Source: the human T2T-CHM13v2.0 reference genome, Homo sapiens. From it: a stretch of DNA of 64,000 nt. Shown here in pieces: positions 56,747 through 64,000 of this stretch. A program made the translations under genes and the position numbers. The stretch is taken from assembly GCF_009914755.1 (NCBI RefSeq), contig NC_060927.1. One strand, given 5' to 3'. Within the stretch, counting starts at the first letter, position 1. Each line of letters starts with the position of its first letter. The notes under the pieces were generated by a model. That model saw only the letters and a list, made by a program, of their open reading frames with translations. It did not search any database and was not told the origin of the DNA.

Positions 56747-58516
56747 GTGGGGGTACTTACTCTTGTTCAGAAAGCCTTTCATTCTGATTCGTCCATTTTC
56801 CATGGTCTTCCTCACAATGGTAGCTACATACTTTGTTGTTTTTGAACTCCCACCTCACCAACCTGACCTTCTGAAGATAACTTCTCCTTCTAAGGGAAAC
56901 TTGAAACCATCTCACATGAATGTCCTCAGTTTTCCTCTTCTCAGTCTCAAAATCTCCATGTGTCTGCTTTGCCTTGATTTGGCTTTGTTTCATGGCTTCC
57001 CAGGCAACCTTCTGACTTTGGGATTGCAAGCTAGCTTCAACCAGGCACTTTCCTGTGGGGGAGGAGAAATGCTGCTAAGGCTATATTAGTGTTCCTGAGC
57101 CTGCCTGGCAGCTGGCATAAATTCACTTACTGTAAGTTCACAATTCGCATTCTGATTTATATCCCAGACTCTTGGGGGCATGGTCAATGTGAGTCTTTAA
57201 TGTGGCTTTTTAAAACCATATCTCCATGCTGGTCAGCTTACAGAGTTGCATCTCTCCCGGAGAGATTTTGGATGCACATAGATAAAGACCCAGGTGAAGA
57301 CTCTGCCATGGGGCTCCAGCTGAGCAGTTGGCTGGACAACTTTGCTGTCATTGCTCTTTCTCTCTGTATATGACACAGGGGCTCCCTGACAGAGCTCCTA
57401 ACACATAGAGTCTTGTATTGTCTTGACTGGATAAACTGGTATTGCCAGCTAGGTTTTAAAGCCCCTAAGGTATGGGCCACAGCCTTTGCTATATAGGACG
57501 AATTGGAGGGATGCTTGTGAATGAATACCTAGCTGTGTTAGTTTGGGTTCCTCCAGAAATCATCTGTAAGACAAGGATTAGAGTGGAGACAGTTTGAGAT
57601 TTGGGAAGGAAGGGGACATTAGGAGGCAGGTCAAGGTGAAGAGAAGGAAGGGATAAAAGTTAATAAAGGGTATGTTTTCAAGCTAGCTACTCCTGTGGGT
57701 GACTAGAGCTTAGTCCCACTGAGGAAACTCTAGGATTCAGTGTAGAAATGTGCCTCTGAGGTATCCTGCTCCAAGGGTGAGGGGGCTAGGGTATTTATAT
57801 ACCCAATCCCATTAGTAATTGGTTGAGGGCTGCTCTCGGGGGGGTTCCGTCAGGAAGAGAAACTCCCAGGCAAAAAAACAGAGATGCCAGCAGTTGGAAG
57901 TCAGGCCAGTATGCATAAAAGTGGTAAGAATGCGGGGTACAGGAGGGTCCTGACAATGTCTGCCATGGCAGACTAGGTTAATAAACCTCTTGCCATAACC
58001 ATGTCAAGAGGGAATAAGCTAATTCTTGCCCTTTGACACCTGGCTCTTGAATTCCTTTCAGTCATTTCTGGTGTTCATTTTTAACCAGGTATTACTCGTA
58101 TTAAAATGTTGGAATGAGCTGAGTCACAGGTGGTTGGCCTAGATGGCAACTTGTTCCAGACCCTGACCTACAAATGCCTTTGGATAGATCCCTGGAAAGG
58201 CATGGCTCCAAATCCCTCTCTCTTGGTTTCTGTTGGCTGGCTGGTAGGCATAGCAGTGAAGTCAGGCTCTATGTGAATGTTGGGATCCTATCCCTCTCCT
58301 GTCCCATGTGTTCCAACTTGACCAGTCAAGACTGGCTGGGCAGACACACAATCCAACTCAAAACCACCAACATCAAGCAGTTTCTTGGTGTCTCTGTTTT
58401 GGGTGCAGAAATGACTTTTGGGGAAAGGAATCTATCCTGGGGGAAAGAGAGTGGAAGAAATTTCTATTATCTGTCTACACCTATCTATGTATCTATTTAT
58501 GTACTCTATCTATCTA

Positions 58517-58551
<35 letters not shown>

Positions 58552-58560
58552 GTATGTATG

Positions 58561-60824
58561 TATATCATCACGCTGCTGATAAAGACATACCCAAGGCTAA
58601 GCAACCTATAAAAGAAAGAGTTTTAATTGGAATTAAAGTTCCACATGGCTGCGGAAGCCTCACAATCATGATGGAAGCAAGGAGGAGCAAGTCACATCTT
58701 ACGTGGATGGTGGCTGGCAAAAAATGAGAGAGCTTGTGCAGGGGAATGCCTCTTTTTAAAACCATCAGATCTTGTGAGACTTATTCACTATCACAATAAC
58801 AGCACAGGAAAGACTTGACTCCATGATTCAATTCCCTCCCACCAGGTCCCTCCCATAACACATGGGAATTCAAGATGAGATTTGGGTGGGGGCACAGCCA
58901 AACCATATCATTCTGCCCCTGACCCCTCCCAAATCTCATGTCCTCACATTTCAAAACCAATCATGCCTTCCCAACAGTCCCTCAAAGTCTTAACTCATTT
59001 CAGCATTAACTCAAAAGTCCACAGTCCAAAGTGTCATCTGAGACAAGACAAGTCCCTTCCACCGATGAGCCTGTAAATCACAAGCAAATTTGTTACTTCC
59101 TAGATACAATGGGGGTACAGGCATTGGGTAAATACAGCCATTCCAAATGGGAGAAATTGGCCAAAACAAAGGGGCTACAGGTCCCATGCAAGTCCAGAAT
59201 CCAGCAGGGCAGTCAAATATTAAAGCTTCAAAATGATCTCCTTTGACTCCATGTCTCACATCCAAGTCATGCTGATGCAAGAGGTGGGTTCCCATGGTCT
59301 TGGGCAGCTCCACTCCTGTGGCTTTGCAGGGTACAGCCTCCCTCCCAGCTGCCTTCATGGGCTGGTGTTGAATTTCTGTGGCTTTTCCAGGCACACGGTG
59401 CAAGCTGTCAGTGGATCTACCATTCTGGGGTCTGGAGGACAGTGGTCCTCTTCTCATAACTCCACTAGGCAGTGCCCCAGTGGGGACTCTGTGTGGGGGC
59501 TCTGAACCCACATTTCCCTTCCACACTGCCCTAGCAGAGGTTCTCCATGAGGACCCCACCCCTGAAACAAACTTCTGCCTGGGCATCCAGGCATTTCCAT
59601 ACATCTTCTGAAATCTAAGCAGAGATTCCCAAATCTCAACTCTTGACTGCTGTGTACTCACAGCCTCAACACCATGTGGAAGCTGCCAAGGCTTGGGGCT
59701 TGGACCCTCTGAAGCCATGGCCTGAGCTCTACGTTGGCCCCTTTCGGCCACAGCTGGAATGGCTGGGATTCAGGGTACCAAGTCCTTAGGCTGCACACAG
59801 CATGCCCATGAAACCACTTGTTCCTCCTAGGCCTCAGGGCCTGTGATGGGAGGGGCTGCTGTGAAGACCTCTGACATGCCCTGGAGACATTTTCCCCACT
59901 GCTTGGTGATTAACATTCGGCTTCTTGTTACTTATGCAAATTTCGGCAGCCAGCTTGAATTTCTTCTCAGAAAATGGGATTTTCTTTTTTATCCCATTGT
60001 CAGGCTGCAAATTTTTTGAACTTTTATGCTCTGCTTCCCTTATAAAACTGAATGCCTTTAACAGCACCCAAGTCACCTCTTGAATGCTTTTCTGCTTAGA
60101 AATTTCTTTTGCCAGATACCCTAAATCATCTCTTTCAAGCTCAAAGTTTCACAAATCTCTAAGGCAGGGACAAAATGCTGCCAGTCTCTTTGCTAAAACA
60201 TAATAAGAGTCACCTTTGCTCCAGTTCCCAACAAATTCCTCATCTCCATCTGAGACCACCTCAGCCTGGATTTCATTGGCCATATCATATCAGCATTCTG
60301 GTCAAAGCCATTCAACAAGTCTCTAGCAAGTTCCAAACTTTCCCACATTTTCCTATCTTCTACTGAGCCCTCCAAACTGTTCCAACCTCTGCCTGTTACC
60401 CAGTTCCAAAGTCGCTTCCACATTTTCAGGTATCTTTTCAGCAGTGTCCCACTCTACTGGTACCAATTTACTGTATTAGTATGTTTTCATGCTGCTGATA
60501 AAGACATACCCAAGGCTGAGCAACTTACAAGAGAAAGAGATTTAATTGGAATTACAGTTCCATGTGGCTGGGGAAGCCTCACAATCATGGTGGAAGGCAA
60601 GGAGGAACAAGTCACAACTTATGTGGATGGCAGCTGGCAAAAAATGAGAGAGCTTGTGTAGGGGAACGCCTCTTTTTAAAACCATCAGATCTTGTGAGAC
60701 TTTTCACTATCATGAGAACAGCATGGGGAAGACTTGCCCCCACGATTCAATTCCCTCCCACCAAGTCCCTCCCACAACACGTGAGAATTCAAGATGAGAT
60801 TTGGGTGGGGACAAAGCCAAACCA

Positions 60825-60828
<4 letters not shown>
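58561..60828 (-). mobile_element. Full-length THE1 (MaLR) element: 3' LTR ~58561-58910, internal region 58911-60471, 5' LTR 60472-60828
   Basis: Two directly repeated THE1 LTRs around ~1.56 kb of THE1-int; the minus-strand internal region starts GTAAATTGGTACCAG and ends in the polypurine tract GGGAGGGGTCAGGGGCAGAA; ORF 59011-59751(-) is MaLR internal ORF remnant. Confidence 0.92.
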
Positions 60829-60875
<47 letters not shown>

Positions 60876-60947
60876 AATCTATCTATCTATCTATAATCTA
60901 TCTATCTATCTCTCTATCTATCTATAATCTATCTATCTATCTATCTA
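60826..60947 (+). repeat. (TCTA)n tetranucleotide microsatellite, compound
   Basis: TATC runs interrupted by TA and TC. Confidence 0.95.
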
Positions 60948-62993
60948 GTTTTAGAAGGGATATTGCAGGGCAAGGATAGGAGAAATATGTGTCCTGTCAG
61001 TGGTGGAGAAATTCTACAGGAGGGGAGGATTTGATAGTTTCAAAGGTTGGCACCTCATTTTGCCAAAATCAACTTAGATGGGTCTGCATTTGGGTCCGTT
61101 TTCTTTCTAGGATGTTGATATTAATATCACCCTGTAGGTACATTCCATACACTCCAAGGCCTTTTAATCTTTTTAGTATTCTATGCATTCAAAGGAAAAG
61201 AGAGAGGGAGAAAAGAGGGAAAGAAAAGGTAAGAGATACAGAGGGTAAAATTGAAGTTCTGATGAAAATGCAAACATGGCACTTCCCTTTAAAAGAGAAT
61301 GAGGCAGCAGGTTCATTGGTTTTCCACAGTGCCACAGAGCTCCAGGCCTTTGTTCATTCACAGCTCTTCAGAAACAAGATTCTTTTATTCGAGTGAACTG
61401 TTCCTCACTGGATGGATCTCAAATTCCAAGCCAAGTGAATGTGACTATAGGGGAAAGAGTGTTCACTGCAGAAGAATGAAGAGCCCAGTGCAAACCAAGG
61501 AGGCTGAGGACATCATTGATTCAATATTTTGTCAACTGTATTGATTTAACTAGGCAGAAGAGGCCCCTTCCCTTATCATTCTGAATCAAGGGCTTGAAGT
61601 GAGTTCATTAATTCACTTTTTCACTCCTTCATTTATTCATTCAGTCAGTCTTTATTGAGCATCTACTCTATTATGGATTTAGTGATGAATAACAAAGCCA
61701 GGTTGCCTGCCTTCGTAGAGTTTATATTCTAGTGGTGGTGGGAAATAGGAAATAAAGAAGTTAAATAAATGTGGCAATTTCAGATTGTGGCAGGTGCTAT
61801 GAAGGGAATAAAACAATGGTGCAGTAGATGTTAATCAGTCAGGGTGGTATGTTACATAAAGTGGTGTTCTTATGATCTATTACTGTGTAACAGATCACTT
61901 CAAAACTTAATGGTCAAAACAAACATCTCTGCTCCATGGAGTGTCAGCTGGGGAGGCTCAGCTAGGGCTGGCTCATTCACGAGGCTGGCAAGTTGGTGCT
62001 GGTTGTGAGCTGAGACTCAGCCTCGACTGCCTGACACCCATGGGTTTTAGTACTTCCCATGTGGCTGCTTGAGCTTCTTTACAGTGTGATTGTTGGGTTC
62101 TCAGAGTTAGTATTCCAAGAGGCAAGGTGGAAGCTGCAAATCTTGATATAATCTAGACTTGAACGTCTCCATAGTTTACTTTTGCTGCATGTGACTGTTC
62201 AAATGAGTCACTGAGGCCAGCCTAGATGCATGGAGAGGGGAACAGACTCCACAGGTGGTCTGGAGGATCTCTCTGAGGAGATGATTTTGAAACTATTAAT
62301 GTATCTTGAAGAATGATTTTAGTACCAACTAGGTAAAAAGCACTAGGTAGGGCTTCTAGGCAGAAAGAACAACAAATGCCAAGGCCATGAGGAAGAAAAG
62401 AACGTGGCATGACTGCAGGACAGTTTGTTGAAAGGCCACTGTGACTGCAGCACTGTGGGCTGGAGAAGCTTAGTGGTAGATGAGTTGAAAAGATAAGCAG
62501 TGACTGGCTGACATAGCCCACATTAAGGAGTGCAGATTTTATTCTAAGTGCGGTGAGAAGCCCTTCAAGGATTTTTAAACAGGAGTGACATGATCTGATT
62601 TACTTTTGAGAGTTTACATTGACAGCTATATTAGCTTGCTAGGGCTTCCGTAAAATAATACTACAGACTGGGTGACTTAAACAACAGAAATTTATTTTCT
62701 CATAGTCTGGAAGCTGGAAGTCCAAAATCAAGGTGTCGGCAAATATGATTTCTTGGGGCTTCTCTCCTTGGCTTGCAGATGGCCACATTCTCACTGTGTC
62801 CTCTCTGTGTGCACACATTTTCTCTGTGTGCATGCATCCCTGGATGTCTTTCTGTGTGTCAAAATCCCTCTGATCACATATGCTGGCTGCTATTTGAGAA
62901 GGCCATCCTCTGGCCAGCCTGGTCCTGGAATATTTCTGCACAATCTACCACTGGATGCAATGGTGCATAAAGTGGTTCATCTGTCTAAAGGGG

Positions 62994-63347
62994 TGTATTA
63001 GTCAGTTTTCATGTTGCTCATAAAGATATACCTGAGACTGGGCAATTTACAAAAGAAAGAGGTTTAATTGGACCCACAGTTCCACGTGGCTGGGGAGGCC
63101 TTACAATCATCGCAGAAGGCAAGGAAGAGCAAGTCACATCTTATGTGGATGGCAGCAGGTAAAGAGAGCTTGTGGAGGGAAACTCTCCGTTTTAAAAACC
63201 ATCAGATCTCATGAGACTTATTCACTGTCACAAAAACAGTAGAGGAAAGACCTGCCCCGATGATTCAATTACCTCCCACTGGGCACCTCCCATAACATGT
63301 CGGAATTCAAGATGAGATTGGGGTGGGGACACAGCCAAACCATATCA
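62994..63347 (-). mobile_element. THE1 solo LTR
   Basis: TGTATTAGTCAGTTTTCATGTTGCTCATAAAGA ... CAGCCAAACCATATCA. Confidence 0.92.
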
Positions 63348-63709
63348 AAGGGCTAAAGAAAAAAATATCCCTTATTTTAACCTCTACTTTCCCCTTACCC
63401 TATCCTCATGCAATGGACTACCTAAGAGGTGGGGAAGGGAAGATTTGCCAATTACTACCAAGGGAGTTAAAAACTTGAAAGCAGCAAAAGAGGAGTATTT
63501 TTGATGTTCAGGTTTTCTTAAGCAAGGCCACATTGTGCTCAGAATAAATTATACAAGACAGAAGGAGAGAAAAGTTATAGGCTAAATACTATTTATCTAG
63601 TAGGGGTGAGGTTGGGAAGATAGAGTTGGAAGAACAATATCATCAGGGTCTTAGGGAGTGAAGTTTCTCTGGCACACACACAAGACAGAACTTTGGTGGT
63701 TTAAAATAT

Positions 63710-64000
63710 GTCCAAAAGTGCTTGGCAGTCCTCCTAATTTCCATCCCCGACTTGAGTGTGGGGCTGGACTTACTGATTTACTTCTAACCAGTAGATATAA
63801 TGAGACTGATCATGTATGACTTCCAAGACTAGATCATAAGACACACTTAAGCTTCCTTCTTTCTTAGGTCACTCATTCTGGGAAAAGCCAGCTGCCATGT
63901 CATGAGGATATACCAAACAGTATATGGAGAGGCCATATGGTGAGAAATTGAGGGCTTCCACCAACAGCCATGTGCTCCTCCTGCCCCAGTTAAACCTTCA
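63710..64000 (+). mobile_element. MLT1F-like LTR cut by the window end
   Basis: GACTTCCAAGACTAGATCATAA...GCCAGCTGCCATGTCATGAGG...GCCCCAGTTAAACCTTCA. Confidence 0.6.

Noticed and set aside
59011-59751. 246-aa ORF as a possible gene
   Set aside because: It is standard THE1-internal sequence present in many copies, with no sign of domestication visible here
63081-63100. PRDM9 hotspot 13-mer in THE1 LTRs
   Set aside because: The minus strand reads CCTCCCCAGCCAC and lacks the T of CCNCCNTNNCCNC; the other THE1 copies match even less well

Overview
This is primate (very probably human) non-coding genomic DNA dominated by transposable elements. I found no intact protein-coding gene, RNA gene or CRISPR array. 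The main landmarks are: (1) a composite insertion at 1295-2211, made of an ERV1 LTR, an intronless UBE2Q2 N-terminal cDNA fragment and the last 34 bp of a different LTR, bounded by one 4-bp target-site duplication (TSD) inside an MLT1 element; (2) a ~5.8 kb deleted-type HERV-H provirus with LTR7 ends (18302-24087) nested in an antisense MER41 LTR; (3) many nested class I ERV solo LTRs, a MER9 LTR inside an Alu, and a full-length THE1 element; (4) a 28-bp CCAAT/GT-box minisatellite, a ~700-bp pyrimidine tract, and a complex local duplication/inversion around a 1-kb AT-rich palindromic repeat. Repeat family names come from recalled consensus sequences, not from a database search, so subfamily calls need RepeatMasker/Dfam confirmation.
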